64,000 nucleotides of DNA from an uncultured Muribaculaceae bacterium (GCA_964533935.1 CAZHOG010000001.1:35702-99701); one strand, 5' to 3'; shown: positions 1-10,797, numbered from the stretch's first letter. Program-made: numbers and translations. The notes: generated from the sequence alone by a model not told the origin.

Positions 1-413
1 AGAGAACCTATTTTATAATTATGTTTTAAATTATATATTTTATTTAAAATACAGTTATAAAAACTCATAACATAAATATTATTATTTTTATTTAATGAAA
101 GAATTCTATTAAGTTTATTAGTATCACAATTATAATCTTTAATTTCTAGCATTTTAACTTTATTAGTTTTAATTTTTAATATCTGATATAAAGTTGGAAG
201 ATTATATTTTTTTAAATCTTTATATTTAGTCATAAATATTATTTTATTATCAATAATGGCATCATGATATATAACATATTTTTTATCCTTTGTTTGTCTA
301 ATATCACATTCAAAACCATAATATGAATCGTTATTAATAGCATTATAAAATGATTGAATTGTGTTTTCTTCTTTTTTGTTTTTAAATAATCCCCTATGAG
401 CAATTAATTTCAT
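1..413 (-). CDS. Glycerophosphodiester phosphodiesterase (GDPD family), N-terminal part. The gene runs off the window start.
   Basis: The minus-strand ORF starts at the ATG at 413 and is preceded by an AGGTGG RBS. My own translation is MKLIAHRGLFKNKKEENTIQSFYNAINNDSYYGFECDIRQTKDKKYVIYHD.., which matches the GDPD signature (IAHRG ... E.D.R.TKDG..V..HD). It is not in the ORF track because the stop codon lies outside the window. Confidence 0.6.
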   Translation of the reverse strand, partial: MKLIAHRGLFKNKKEENTIQSFYNAINNDSYYGFECDIRQTKDKKYVIYHDAIIDNKIIFMTKYKDLKKYNLPTLYQILKIKTNKVKMLEIKDYNCDTNKLNRILSLNKNNNIYVMSFYNCILNKIYNLKHNYKIGS

Positions 414-453
414 AAAAAAACCACCTAATTAATATTACGTGATTTTTTAATAA

Positions 454-921
454 TTATTTAAGAAAAATAAAATAATACACTACAATTATTAGCAAAAAAC
501 AAATTGTTCCAATTATTGGAGCATAATTCTTGTTGTCTTTTTTTTCTTCTATTTCAAGTGCCTCTTTTTCATTTGTTATTTCACTTACATCTTGAACATC
601 TTCTGTATATATTTTTAAAAAATATGTATTTTGTTCCTGAGTAGATTTATTTATAATTGTTACAAATACAATTTTATTTTCAGCTAAATTACTATTATTA
701 TCAATAGTTACTTCATAATTTTTAGTATCATAAGTAGCCTCTATTTCTAAGGTTTTAACTTCTTTACCAATACTTACTGAATAATTATTATTATATTTAT
801 CAAATTCTGGAGAAATACTTCCATTATTTATTTTTAAACTTTTAATATACAAATTATCATCAGCATAAACGTTCATTGTAAATGACATTAAAATAACTAA
901 TATAAATAAAATCTTTTTCAT
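454..921 (-). CDS. Small surface protein with a signal peptide, a cadherin-like beta-sandwich domain and a C-terminal TM anchor
   Basis: The N-terminal MKKILFILVILMSFTMNVYA looks like a signal peptide. The middle region (LKINNGSISPEFDKYNNNYSVSIGKEVKTLEIEATYD) fits the cadherin-like beta-sandwich pattern seen in Firmicute surface proteins. The C-terminus has a hydrophobic stretch followed by Lys. Confidence 0.45.
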   Translation of the reverse strand: MKKILFILVILMSFTMNVYADDNLYIKSLKINNGSISPEFDKYNNNYSVSIGKEVKTLEIEATYDTKNYEVTIDNNSNLAENKIVFVTIINKSTQEQNTYFLKIYTEDVQDVSEITNEKEALEIEEKKDNKNYAPIIGTICFLLIIVVYYFIFLK

Positions 922-965
922 CTTATCACCATTATTATATTAACCAAATATAATAATAATAAACT

Positions 966-2405
966 TTATTTATATGAAATATTATTATTACTGGGTCCTA
1001 TAATGCATCTTCCATCTATATCAAAACGTGAACCATGACATGGGCAATCCCATGTTTTTTCAACTTCATTGAATACCAAACTACAACCTAAATGAGGACA
1101 TTTATTATATACAATATGTTTTTCATTATTTTTATCAATGTAAATTGCTAAATTATCTCCATTAATTTTTATGAATTTCACATTATTTTTGTACCAAGAT
1201 TTATTTTTCACTAATTTATTTTCAACAAATGATTTTACATTATAACTTAAATATAATGGATATTTTAATGCACTGATTGACTTATTTCTAAAAGGATCAA
1301 ATAGTTTTTTATATAATGAATCGTTTTTAATAATTAAATCACTAATAATTTTTCCTGCAATTGTTGCATTAGTCATTCCCCACGTATTATAACCAGTTGC
1401 TAATAACAGATTATTATCGATAAAACCGATATATGGCAGATTATCAATTGTAATTAAATCATGATTTGTCCATAAATATTGAGGTTTTAATCCGGCATTT
1501 ATGCAATTTCTCATAAGGTTATTATAATTATTTTTATAGTTTATTTTATTACACAGTTTATGCGTATTTGCTAAATAAATAAAATAATTATTATGATATC
1601 TAAATGATTCAATTGGTTTTTCTATATTAATTCCTGAAATATTTTTTTTGCTATTAACTAAACTGGCAGCAATATATGATCTTTCAATATAAGATTTAAA
1701 TGGCATAAACATTGGCTTTAAAAAATAAGGGTAATGTGATGCTATAACAACATATTTAGCTGTTATTTCCTTATTGTTACAATAAATAATATATTTATCT
1801 TCTTTTTTAGATATTTTTAAAGCAGCTGTATTCTCATATATTTTAATATTATTATTAATTAAAACATTTTGAATAGCATATAAATATTTCAATGGATGAA
1901 AAACATAAGTATTGTTCACTCCAATATTATAAATATTATTTATTGGAATATTAATGTTTTCACTATAAGAAATCCCTAATTGTTCTAAAATTTTAGCTTC
2001 AGATTTAATTTTGTTTGTTTCTCTATTATTTTTAGCAAATAATATTGATTTAGACTGTTTGAAATCACAATCGATATCATATTTTTTAATATTTTTCTTA
2101 ATCATATTTATAGCTTCAATTTGAGACTGATAATATAATTTAGCATTATCTTTTAATTTAGAATAGATATTATCTTGCAAATATGTGATCTTACCTGTTG
2201 TTCTTGCCGTAATACCCTTTGCTATTCTATTTTTATCAATAATACATACTTTTAAATTTGAATTCATTAGCTGATGTGCAACATTTAATCCAGTTATACC
2301 GCCACCAATTATCAAAACATCAATATCTATATTTTCATTTAAAGCCTCATATTCAGGAAACTTCACATCATCTAACCACATTGAATAATAATGCATTTTA
2401 ATCAC
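966..2405 (-). CDS. FAD-dependent oxidoreductase with a C-terminal Rieske [2Fe-2S] domain (YhfW-like)
   Basis: The N-terminal region has the dinucleotide-binding motif VLIIGGGITGLNVAHQL. The C-terminus has the Rieske ligand motifs CPHLGC ... CPCHGS. Confidence 0.75.
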   Translation of the reverse strand: MIKMHYYSMWLDDVKFPEYEALNENIDIDVLIIGGGITGLNVAHQLMNSNLKVCIIDKNRIAKGITARTTGKITYLQDNIYSKLKDNAKLYYQSQIEAINMIKKNIKKYDIDCDFKQSKSILFAKNNRETNKIKSEAKILEQLGISYSENINIPINNIYNIGVNNTYVFHPLKYLYAIQNVLINNNIKIYENTAALKISKKEDKYIIYCNNKEITAKYVVIASHYPYFLKPMFMPFKSYIERSYIAASLVNSKKNISGINIEKPIESFRYHNNYFIYLANTHKLCNKINYKNNYNNLMRNCINAGLKPQYLWTNHDLITIDNLPYIGFIDNNLLLATGYNTWGMTNATIAGKIISDLIIKNDSLYKKLFDPFRNKSISALKYPLYLSYNVKSFVENKLVKNKSWYKNNVKFIKINGDNLAIYIDKNNEKHIVYNKCPHLGCSLVFNEVEKTWDCPCHGSRFDIDGRCIIGPSNNNISYK

Positions 2406-2516
2406 CTAAATATAGTATGTACTAAATATGTAATAATATAAAAAATGAATACAATGAGTGAATTATTTGTAATTCAATAAATTAAATAATATAATTAAAT
2501 CAGGAAGGAAATTAAT

Positions 2517-2816
2517 ATGGAAGAAAATATGAATCAATTACTAAATATCTTAAATGATTTTATTGAAAAATATCCAGAAATAAAAGATATTGAAATTGTT
2601 AAAAATGTAGTTGGAAATTTATTACAATTGCAAAAAAATAATATTAATTTAGATAAACTTGAAAAAAATATAATTTATTTAGATACTAACTATGATGAAT
2701 TAAATGAAATATCTTATTATTTCACTCCAATAATTATAAGCATAAAAAAAGAAAAACATAAAAAAATGATAGATGAATTAAGAATAAATAATAAGATAAA
2801 GAAAGAAAATAAATAA
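2517..2816 (+). CDS. Hypothetical protein
   Basis: A 99-aa ORF that lies in the divergent intergenic region. It ends at the bidirectional terminator. No motif was recognised. Confidence 0.35.
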   Translation: MEENMNQLLNILNDFIEKYPEIKDIEIVKNVVGNLLQLQKNNINLDKLEKNIIYLDTNYDELNEISYYFTPIIISIKKEKHKKMIDELRINNKIKKENK

Positions 2817-2851
2817 TAATGGTTATAACAAACTAATGCTATATTAAAAAA

Positions 2852-2886
2852 GACTCGAGAAAATAATCTTGAGTCCTTTTTATTTT
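2852..2886. terminator. Rho-independent bidirectional terminator between convergent genes
   Basis: The stem is GACTCGAG, the loop is AAAATAAT, and the opposite arm is CTTGAGTC. A T-run (CTTTTTATTTT) follows. Confidence 0.5.
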
Positions 2887-2904
2887 AGTTTTTACAATAA
2901 TAAT

Positions 2905-3999
2905 TTAAATTAATTTAATCAATATTTCGTTCATAACGTATAATTTTTCAGGATTTATAAAAACATAGCCATTCTTTTCAATTAAGTCTTTATTCTTTAA
3001 TAATGGATTAATAGGATAAGCATCCTTAATATCAATATTATATTTTTCTTTAAAATCATTCATATTTATTCCTTGAATTTTTCTAAATCCAAGCATTAAT
3101 TCTAAATCCATAATATCATTTTGAGTTAACAATTCTTTTGAAGAAAATTCTTCTTCTTCAATATATTCTTTTAAGCTTCTAGTGTTATTATATCTAACAC
3201 CATCAACATATCCAGATGCACCAACTCCAAAACCATAATATTCTTCATTATTCCAATATTTTAAATTATGTTTAGATTCATGATTATCTAAAGCAAAATT
3301 ACTTATTTCATAATGATTAAAATGATTTTTCTTTAAGGTTTTACAAATATATTTATACATTTCGTAATCTAAGTCTTCATCACAATTTTGATACTTTTGA
3401 TTATTCAAAATTGTATTTTCTTCTAAAATTAAACTGTAAGTACTAATATGATTAGGTTTTAATTTTAATATCTTTTTCAAATCATTCTTTAAGATACTTA
3501 AATTTTGATCTTTAAAACCATATATAATATCTACATTTATATTATCAAAGCCAAACTCTCGACACATATTGATTTTTTTCAAAGCATCATCAAAAGTATG
3601 ATGTCTATTCATAATATTTTGCAATAATTCATTAAAAGACTCTATTCCAATACTTAATCTATTAACTCTATTTTCTCTTAAAATTGAAAGTAAATTTTCA
3701 TTTATATCATTTAAATTACATTCAAAAGTAAATTCATATTCTTGACTCAAATTAAATCTAGAAATAATTTTAAATAATACATCTAATTCATTTTCAGTTA
3801 AAGATGATGGAGTTCCACCACCAACATAAATAGAATTAATCTCTTCTCCCATATATATATCTTTTATTTCATTATTTAATTTTTTTAGATATGGCATTAC
3901 CCACTCTTTTTTGTATAACACTTTACAAAAATCACAATAAGAGCAAATTGTTTTACAAAAAGGAATATGAATATAAACTGCTTTAGTTATTTCATTCAT
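2905..3999 (-). CDS. hemW: Radical SAM heme chaperone HemW (HemN-like oxygen-independent coproporphyrinogen III oxidase family)
   Basis: It has the radical SAM motif (YIHIPFCKTICSYCDF) and a HemN-like C-terminal domain. It lies immediately downstream of lepA, as in Bacillus. Confidence 0.85.
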   Translation of the reverse strand: MNEITKAVYIHIPFCKTICSYCDFCKVLYKKEWVMPYLKKLNNEIKDIYMGEEINSIYVGGGTPSSLTENELDVLFKIISRFNLSQEYEFTFECNLNDINENLLSILRENRVNRLSIGIESFNELLQNIMNRHHTFDDALKKINMCREFGFDNINVDIIYGFKDQNLSILKNDLKKILKLKPNHISTYSLILEENTILNNQKYQNCDEDLDYEMYKYICKTLKKNHFNHYEISNFALDNHESKHNLKYWNNEEYYGFGVGASGYVDGVRYNNTRSLKEYIEEEEFSSKELLTQNDIMDLELMLGFRKIQGINMNDFKEKYNIDIKDAYPINPLLKNKDLIEKNGYVFINPEKLYVMNEILIKLI

Positions 4000-4023
4000 A
4001 AGTTCAACTCCTTTTAAATTTCA

Positions 4024-4476
4024 TTATTTATTTTGATGATGTTTATTTACATAAAATAGTTCTTGAAGTGCTTCTTTTGTTTTAGGATCATCAATTTTCA
4101 TAAGACGGTCATAAATAGTAGAAACAGGTCTATCATACTTTAAAGAAGCTTCAGATAAAGTTAAATTATTATTTAACATTTGCTCTAATATTTCAGTGAT
4201 TTCAAAATCACTAATTGATGGCGTAGCAACACCATTTTTTCCACCAACCTGATTGCCTATTTTAATTAGTCCTTTTTGAACTTCTTTAACAGCAATATAT
4301 AAGTCATTATTTATAGAAGGTAAATTATTTTTATCGTTGATATATTTTTTTATTGAAGAAATAGAAATTCCAAAATGATTAGCAGTTACTTCAATAGTAG
4401 CTTTATTTTCAATAATATACTTACTGATTTCTAATATTTTTCGCTCTTTTTCTCTTTTTATTTCTTCCTGTGTCAT
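4024..4476 (-). CDS. SpoIIID-like helix-turn-helix DNA-binding protein with a C-terminal extension
   Basis: Residues ~10-65 align with SpoIIID (KIGKYIVETKKTVRVIAKEFGVSKSTVHKDL..LPEINPDLANEVKE versus EISKYIIENKATIEVTANHFGISISSIKKYI..LPSINNDLYIAVKE). A second HTH-like segment lies near the C-terminus. Confidence 0.45.
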   Translation of the reverse strand: MTQEEIKREKERKILEISKYIIENKATIEVTANHFGISISSIKKYINDKNNLPSINNDLYIAVKEVQKGLIKIGNQVGGKNGVATPSISDFEITEILEQMLNNNLTLSEASLKYDRPVSTIYDRLMKIDDPKTKEALQELFYVNKHHQNK

Positions 4477-6281
4477 TAATTTTCCTCCTTAAGTATTTCT
4501 AAGAAAACATCACTTGGAACTTCAACAGAACCAACCATTTTCATACGTTTCTTACCTTCTTTTTGTTTTTCTAATAATTTTCTCTTACGTGAAACATCTC
4601 CACCATAACATTTAGCCAATACATTCTTTTTCATGGCTGAAATATTTTCACGAGCTATTACTTTAGCTCCAATGCTTGCTTGAATTGGAACTTGAAACAT
4701 TTGTCTTGGAATTAGTTTCTTTAATTTTTCAGTAATTTGTTTACCTCTTTGGTACGCAAAATCTTTATGAACAATAACAGATAATGCATCAACTACATCA
4801 CCATTTAATAAAATATCCATTTTAACTAATTTTGAAGATTTATATCCAATGATTTCATAGTCAAAAGATGCATAGCCTTTAGTACTTGATTTTAATTTAT
4901 CAAAGAAGTCATAAACTATTTCTGAAAGTGGTATTTCATAATGAATATTAACTCTTGTATCATCAATATATTCTAAAGATTTATATATACCACGCTTATT
5001 TTGGCATAAGTCCATTATTGCCCCAATATACTCACTTGGAACAATTATATTAGTATAAATATAAGGCTCTTTAATATCTTTAATATATGTTTGTTCAGGC
5101 ATTTTAGCAGGAGAATCGATAAGTTCAAAATTATTATTAGTTAATGTTACTTCATATATAACACTTGGACTAGTAGCAATAATACTAATATCAAATTCTC
5201 TTTCAATTCTTGTCATGATGATATCCATATGTAATAATCCTAAAAATCCCGTTCTAAATCCAAAACCTAATGCTTCTGATGTTTCAGGTTCAAAAGTTAA
5301 AGCAGCATCATTTAATTTCAATTTTTCTAAGGCATCTTTTAACGCTTCATACTTATTTGGTTCTACAGGAAATATTCCTGAATAAACCATTGGTTTCATA
5401 GGTTTATATCCTTCTAAAGGCTCTAATGCATTATTTGATTCTAATGTGATGGTATCACCAACCGCAACACTAGAAATATCTTTAATACTAGCACAAATAT
5501 ATCCTACTTCTCCAGATACTAAATCTGCTTTGTCAATTGGTTTAGGATTATGAAATCCTAATTCAACGACTTCAAACGATTTATTAGAAGCCATCATTTT
5601 AATTGTATCTTTAACTTTAAGTTTTCCATCTACTATTTTTACTAAAGCAACTACGCCTTTATATGGATCAAAATAACTATCAAATATTAAAGCACGTAAA
5701 GGTTTATCATTATTAACCACTGGTGGTTCAATGCGTGTAATAACAGCTTCAATCAATTCTTTTACACCTTCACCAGTTTTACCACTACATAATAATATTT
5801 CTTCTTCTTTAAAACCTAATACGCGACATAATTCTTCCTTAACTTTAGGCACATCAGCATTTGGTAAATCAATCTTATTAATAACTGGAATAATAGTTAA
5901 ATCATTAGCCATTGCTAAATATAAATTAGCAAGAGTTTGAGCTTCAATGCCTTGAGCAGCATCCACGACTAAAATAGCACCTTCACAAGCTGCCAAACTT
6001 CTTGAAACTTCATATGTAAAATCTACATGTCCTGGAGTATCTATTAAATTTAAAATATATTCCTCATTATTAAATTTATAATTTAATCTAACTGCATTTA
6101 ATTTGATAGTTATTCCACGTTCACGTTCTAAATCCATATTATCAAGTAATTGTTCTTTCATGTCTCTTTTATCAACACTACCAGTTAATTCTAGTATTCT
6201 ATCAGCTAGTGTACTTTTACCATGATCTATATGGGCTATAATTGAAAAATTTCTTATATTTTGTTTCATCATTCTGCTCAC
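4476..6281 (-). CDS. lepA: Elongation factor 4 (LepA)
   Basis: It carries the GTPase motifs ([25 protein letters not shown]) and the characteristic LepA C-terminal domain. Confidence 0.95.
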   Translation of the reverse strand: MSRMMKQNIRNFSIIAHIDHGKSTLADRILELTGSVDKRDMKEQLLDNMDLERERGITIKLNAVRLNYKFNNEEYILNLIDTPGHVDFTYEVSRSLAACEGAILVVDAAQGIEAQTLANLYLAMANDLTIIPVINKIDLPNADVPKVKEELCRVLGFKEEEILLCSGKTGEGVKELIEAVITRIEPPVVNNDKPLRALIFDSYFDPYKGVVALVKIVDGKLKVKDTIKMMASNKSFEVVELGFHNPKPIDKADLVSGEVGYICASIKDISSVAVGDTITLESNNALEPLEGYKPMKPMVYSGIFPVEPNKYEALKDALEKLKLNDAALTFEPETSEALGFGFRTGFLGLLHMDIIMTRIEREFDISIIATSPSVIYEVTLTNNNFELIDSPAKMPEQTYIKDIKEPYIYTNIIVPSEYIGAIMDLCQNKRGIYKSLEYIDDTRVNIHYEIPLSEIVYDFFDKLKSSTKGYASFDYEIIGYKSSKLVKMDILLNGDVVDALSVIVHKDFAYQRGKQITEKLKKLIPRQMFQVPIQASIGAKVIARENISAMKKNVLAKCYGGDVSRKRKLLEKQKEGKKRMKMVGSVEVPSDVFLEILKEEN

Positions 6282-6310
6282 CTAGAAACAATTATACCTT
6301 AATTTATAAC

Positions 6311-6646
6311 TTACGAAAACATTTTTTTAATTACTTTACCTATTTTTCCTATGCCTTCAGTCAAAAATTTTTCTAAAGATAAGGAAACTTCATCACCTAA
6401 TTTACTGGCAGTATTAGAATAATCAATATTATTATCTTGAGAATATTGTTTAATATCAATATTTCGGTTATTTTTTACATCCTCTTCAAATTTAGCAATA
6501 TTTTCATCAGTTAAAACAATTTTATTATTCGTTTGATTTTCATAATAACCACTTTCACCAGCTATATATAAACTTATATATAATATAAATAGAATAAATA
6601 ATATTCTTAAAACAGGATTACTCTTTTTCTTTTTCATTATCTTCAT
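6311..6646 (-). CDS. YqxA-like small membrane-anchored protein
   Basis: It has an N-terminal TM segment and sits between spoIIP and lepA, as yqxA does in Bacillus. The call rests on synteny only. Confidence 0.35.
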   Translation of the reverse strand: MKIMKKKKSNPVLRILFILFILYISLYIAGESGYYENQTNNKIVLTDENIAKFEEDVKNNRNIDIKQYSQDNNIDYSNTASKLGDEVSLSLEKFLTEGIGKIGKVIKKMFS

Positions 6647-7559
6647 CTACTATTCTTTTATAAACATTAGCTAAAGCTTCTAAAGAATTACTAATGCTTT
6701 TTATATCATTATATGGTCCTCCAACTTCAATTAATACTGCATTATTAGAAATATCTTGATTAAAAATACCAGAATTATTTTTAATATCTATTCCTCTAGT
6801 AATTGAAGGATTAAATTCTTTCAAATAGTTATTAATTCGATTAGCCATTTCTAAATTTCTTTCAAAACCATCATGCCCCTTGCCTAAAACTATCATTATT
6901 TTAGCATATGTCTTACCATCAATTTCACATTTAGATATATTTTCTGGAATTGAATCTCGATGTAAATCAATCACATATTTTATACTTTTATTTTTGTCTA
7001 AGGCATCTAGAGCAAGTAATTTTGAAGCTTTATAAGAATTCTTATAGCTCCAATTGTTTATATCTAAAATTTCTTTAATATTATTTTTTTCAACTATAGA
7101 AGATATTCCTAAATCACTTAATTTGTTTTGTAATATCAAACTTGCATGTAATACAGTAGGAACAATATTATATTCATTATTATTTGTTTTTCTATATTCT
7201 TCTGTTTGATGTGTATTATAAATATAAACCAACGGTTCACTATTATTATCATTATTTTCTATAATAACTGCTGGTGTTACTTGTTCAACATTTTTTTTGC
7301 TAACTGGTAAATCAATATCAATTCCAAATGAATAATTCAGAAGAAAAGATATACCATTATTTTTTAATATTTTATTAGTATTAGTTTTTGTGTCATCCAA
7401 TAAAATACTAATCAATTGTTGTTCTGATAAGTTTTTTGTTAGAGAATCATATAAATAATTAAAAGTTAAGCAGACTACTACTAAAATAATTACAATAAAA
7501 AATAAAATATAGATAAATATATTCTTTTTATTTTTCTTACCTTTAAATCTCTTTTTCAT
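6618..7559 (-). CDS. spoIIP: Stage II sporulation protein P (SpoIIP-like cell-wall amidase/peptidase)
   Basis: It has an N-terminal TM anchor and the SpoIIP-type motif YIYNTHQTEEY. It is located upstream of yqxA-lepA, as in Bacillus. Confidence 0.6.
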   Translation of the reverse strand: MKKRFKGKKNKKNIFIYILFFIVIILVVVCLTFNYLYDSLTKNLSEQQLISILLDDTKTNTNKILKNNGISFLLNYSFGIDIDLPVSKKNVEQVTPAVIIENNDNNSEPLVYIYNTHQTEEYRKTNNNEYNIVPTVLHASLILQNKLSDLGISSIVEKNNIKEILDINNWSYKNSYKASKLLALDALDKNKSIKYVIDLHRDSIPENISKCEIDGKTYAKIMIVLGKGHDGFERNLEMANRINNYLKEFNPSITRGIDIKNNSGIFNQDISNNAVLIEVGGPYNDIKSISNSLEALANVYKRIVDEDNEKEKE

Positions 7560-7628
7560 ATGATCACCATATTAATATATTAGATTATTTTTAATGTATA
7601 AAATGTCATATTATGTAAATATTTTAGG

Positions 7629-7657
7629 TTGTGATTATTATTTAATTATTGTATAAT
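7629..7657 (+). promoter_or_regulatory. Putative sigma-A promoter for the PilB-like ATPase gene
   Basis: TTGTGA (7629-7634) is followed by a 17-nt spacer and then an extended -10 TGTATAAT (7650-7657). An AAGAGGA RBS lies ahead of the ATG at 7689. In a genome this AT-rich, promoter calls are weak. Confidence 0.3.
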
Positions 7658-7688
7658 ATTTTTAGAATAAAGAGGACTAGGTGAAATT

Positions 7689-8981
7689 ATGTTAAGAGAA
7701 TTTGATTATGAAAATATGCCCGTTGCAGATATTGTAAACGAGATTATTATAGATGCCGTTAAAAGAGGTGCTTCTGATATCCATTTAGACCCCAGACCAG
7801 AATTTTTAATGATTAGAATTAGAATTGATGGTGAATTAGTAGATTACACTACTATCCCATTAGGAATTAAAAATCATATAACAACAAAAATAAAGATTTT
7901 AGCTGGAATGAATATTACAGAATCAAGACTACCACAAGATGGTGCCATCAAAACTACTATTGAAGATAGAAGTTTGGACTTACGTGTCTCTACTCTACCA
8001 ATTGTTTATGGAGAAAAAGTAGTTATTCGTATCTTAGATTACTCAAGAAGTATGGAAGGTTTAGAAAATTTAGGATTCTCTGAAGAAAACCTAACTAAAA
8101 TTAATAAAATAATTCAAAATCCAAATGGTATTATATTAGTAACCGGTGCTACTGGAACAGGAAAATCTACTACTGTTTATGCCGTTTTAGATAAATTAAA
8201 TACAACTGAAAGAAATATTATTACAGTTGAAGATCCAGTCGAAATGAAAATTGAAGGTGTAAACCAAGTACAAGCAATGAGTGATATTGGATTAACATTT
8301 GCAAATGCATTAAGAAGTATTTTACGTCAAGACCCCGATACTATAATGATTGGAGAAATTCGTGATGATGAAACTGCAAGAATTGCTATTCGTGCTGCCA
8401 TTACAGGACATTTAGTATTATCAACAATCCATACAAATAACTCATTAAATACAATAGAACGTTTACTTGATATGGATGTTGAAAGATATTTATTAGGTTC
8501 TGCTCTAACAGGTATTGTTTCACAAAGATTAACTAAAAAATTATGTCCAAAATGTCGTACAACAAGAGCTACTACGCCTTATGAAAAAGCTATATTTAAA
8601 AAATCTTTAGGGCTTGATGTAGATACCATTTATGCACCAGTTGGTTGTGATGAATGTTATAAAGGATACAAAGGAAGAATTGCAATACATGAAGTTCTTG
8701 CGGTTAACCAAGAAGTTAGAGATGCAATATTAAATAATATAAGAAAAGATGAATTAAGAAGAATTATTTATAAAAAAGGAAAAACAGTTACTCTTCTTCA
8801 AGATGGACTTGAAAAAGTTATGAATGGTTTAACTTCATTTGATGAAATATTAAGAGTTATAGAAGTTGATAGTGATTTCGGTGAAGATGAAAAAGATATC
8901 AGAGATGCTATAATTGGTAAAATTCCTACAACAGTTCAAAATAATGAACCAATAAAAGAAATAGAAACTTTAGATTTTTAA
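7689..8981 (+). CDS. Type II/IV secretion-family ATPase (PilB/GspE-like, short form)
   Basis: It has a Walker A motif (GATGTGKST), Asp and His boxes, and a C-terminal tetracysteine motif (CPKC ... GCDEC). At 430 aa it lacks the long N-terminal domain. Confidence 0.8.
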   Translation: MLREFDYENMPVADIVNEIIIDAVKRGASDIHLDPRPEFLMIRIRIDGELVDYTTIPLGIKNHITTKIKILAGMNITESRLPQDGAIKTTIEDRSLDLRVSTLPIVYGEKVVIRILDYSRSMEGLENLGFSEENLTKINKIIQNPNGIILVTGATGTGKSTTVYAVLDKLNTTERNIITVEDPVEMKIEGVNQVQAMSDIGLTFANALRSILRQDPDTIMIGEIRDDETARIAIRAAITGHLVLSTIHTNNSLNTIERLLDMDVERYLLGSALTGIVSQRLTKKLCPKCRTTRATTPYEKAIFKKSLGLDVDTIYAPVGCDECYKGYKGRIAIHEVLAVNQEVRDAILNNIRKDELRRIIYKKGKTVTLLQDGLEKVMNGLTSFDEILRVIEVDSDFGEDEKDIRDAIIGKIPTTVQNNEPIKEIETLDF

Positions 8982-8992
8982 AGTTTCTATTT

Positions 8993-10768
8993 TTATTTGA
9001 AATTATTATTTAATATTTCTTTTAAAGTTTCGGCAGATTTTGCAGGAATAATCTTACTTAATTCTTCTATAGTAGCTTCTTTCATTTTAATTACACTACC
9101 ATATTTTTTTATTAATTCTTTTTTCCTAACAGCCCCTATACCATCAATATTGTCTAAGATTGATGAAATACTTCCCTTGCTTCTAATACTTCTGTGATAA
9201 GAAATTGTAAATCTATGTACTTCATCTTGCATTCTAGTTAAATAATGAAATACATTTGAAGTTTTATCAATAACAATTTCATTTAAGGTATCACCATCAA
9301 TTAAATCATTAGTTCTATGTTTATCATTTTTTCTCAAGCCACAAACTTTAATATTTAAATTTAATTCATCTAATACATCTTTACAAGCATTAATCTGATT
9401 TATACCACCATCAACAATAATTAAATTTGGCTTTTCTAATTTATCTATAAGCATTCTAAAATATCTTCGATAAATTACTTCTTTCATAGTATTATAATCA
9501 TCATTTTTATTAGAACTTATCTTAAATTTTCGATATTCTTTTTTACAAGGTTTTCCATTTTTATATACAACCATAGCTGAAACTGAAAAATCACCAAATA
9601 AATTTGAATTATCAAATAAATCTATTCTATCTAAAACATGCATATTCAAAAGTTCTTTTAATTCTTCATTAGCTTTTTCAGTTCTAGTTTCATCTTTTTC
9701 AATTAGTTTTATTTCATTTTCTAAATTGATTTTAGCATTCATAAAAGCCATATTTAATAGATCTTTTTTCTTGCCTTTTTGAGGTGAGTATAATTTTGTA
9801 TTAATTACATTTTCAATCAAGTCTTTATTAATGCTTTCATCAATCAATATTTCCTTAGGAATCTCATGTCTAGAATAAAATTTAATAATATAATTTTCTA
9901 TTTCTTCAGTTAATTCTCCAACTATTGGAAAAATATCCGTATGTCCACCAACTAATTTTCCATTTCTAACAAAGAATATTTGAGTACTTATATAACCATC
10001 ATTTAAATAATATCCAATTACATCTCTATTAACCATATCATGTAATTCTACTTTTTGCTTAGACAATACAATTTCAATATAATCTAATTCTTTTTTTAAA
10101 TCTAAAGCCATTTCATAGTTCATCGTCTTACTATATAACTCTATTTTATTTAATATTCTATTTTTTAATACAGCATCATTGCCATTTAAAAATGATAATA
10201 TTTCTTTTTCCATATTATCTAATTTATTTTGATCATAATTCTTAGTACAATAACCGAGACATTCATCAATATGATAATATAAACAAATTTCTTTTTTATT
10301 CCCTTCACATTTTTTTAAAGGATAAATTCGATTTAATAAATTGGTAATTCTTCTAGCAGCATATGCATTTGGATAAGGTCCAAATAATTTTTTATTATCA
10401 CTTTTTTTAATATTTAAATATCTTGATACTTTTACTTTTGGATATGGATATTTTATATATTCAATATATGGATAAGACTTATCATCCTTTAAAAGGATAT
10501 TATATTTAGGATCAAATTTTTTAATAAGATTAATTTCAATAATAAAAGCTTCTAATTCACTATTTGCTACAATATAAGTAAAATCATTAATTTCACTTAT
10601 CATCTTTGTTGTTTTACCTGTATGTACTCCTCTAAAATACGAAGCCAATCTATTATGTAAATCTTTTGCTTTACCAACATATATAATAATACCATCCTGG
10701 TTTTTCATTTGATAAGAACCAGGTTGATGTGGGACTAAACTAAGTTTATCTTTGAACATATATATCAC
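8993..10768 (-). CDS. uvrC: Excinuclease ABC subunit C
   Basis: It has an N-terminal GIY-YIG nuclease domain (GSYQMKNQDGIIIYVGKAKDLHNRLASYF) and a C-terminal RNase H-like plus HhH domain. Confidence 0.95.
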   Translation of the reverse strand: MIYMFKDKLSLVPHQPGSYQMKNQDGIIIYVGKAKDLHNRLASYFRGVHTGKTTKMISEINDFTYIVANSELEAFIIEINLIKKFDPKYNILLKDDKSYPYIEYIKYPYPKVKVSRYLNIKKSDNKKLFGPYPNAYAARRITNLLNRIYPLKKCEGNKKEICLYYHIDECLGYCTKNYDQNKLDNMEKEILSFLNGNDAVLKNRILNKIELYSKTMNYEMALDLKKELDYIEIVLSKQKVELHDMVNRDVIGYYLNDGYISTQIFFVRNGKLVGGHTDIFPIVGELTEEIENYIIKFYSRHEIPKEILIDESINKDLIENVINTKLYSPQKGKKKDLLNMAFMNAKINLENEIKLIEKDETRTEKANEELKELLNMHVLDRIDLFDNSNLFGDFSVSAMVVYKNGKPCKKEYRKFKISSNKNDDYNTMKEVIYRRYFRMLIDKLEKPNLIIVDGGINQINACKDVLDELNLNIKVCGLRKNDKHRTNDLIDGDTLNEIVIDKTSNVFHYLTRMQDEVHRFTISYHRSIRSKGSISSILDNIDGIGAVRKKELIKKYGSVIKMKEATIEELSKIIPAKSAETLKEILNNNFK

Positions 10769-10797
10769 CTGCCATTTATTATACTATAAAAATATAA

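Noticed and set aside
5731-5940. A 69-aa plus-strand ORF inside lepA
   Set aside because: It is fully embedded antisense in a highly conserved gene. Its low-complexity translation is typical of a spurious AT-rich ORF.
8997-9197. A 66-aa plus-strand ORF at the 3' end of uvrC
   Set aside because: It is antisense to uvrC and hydrophobic low-complexity, with no RBS.
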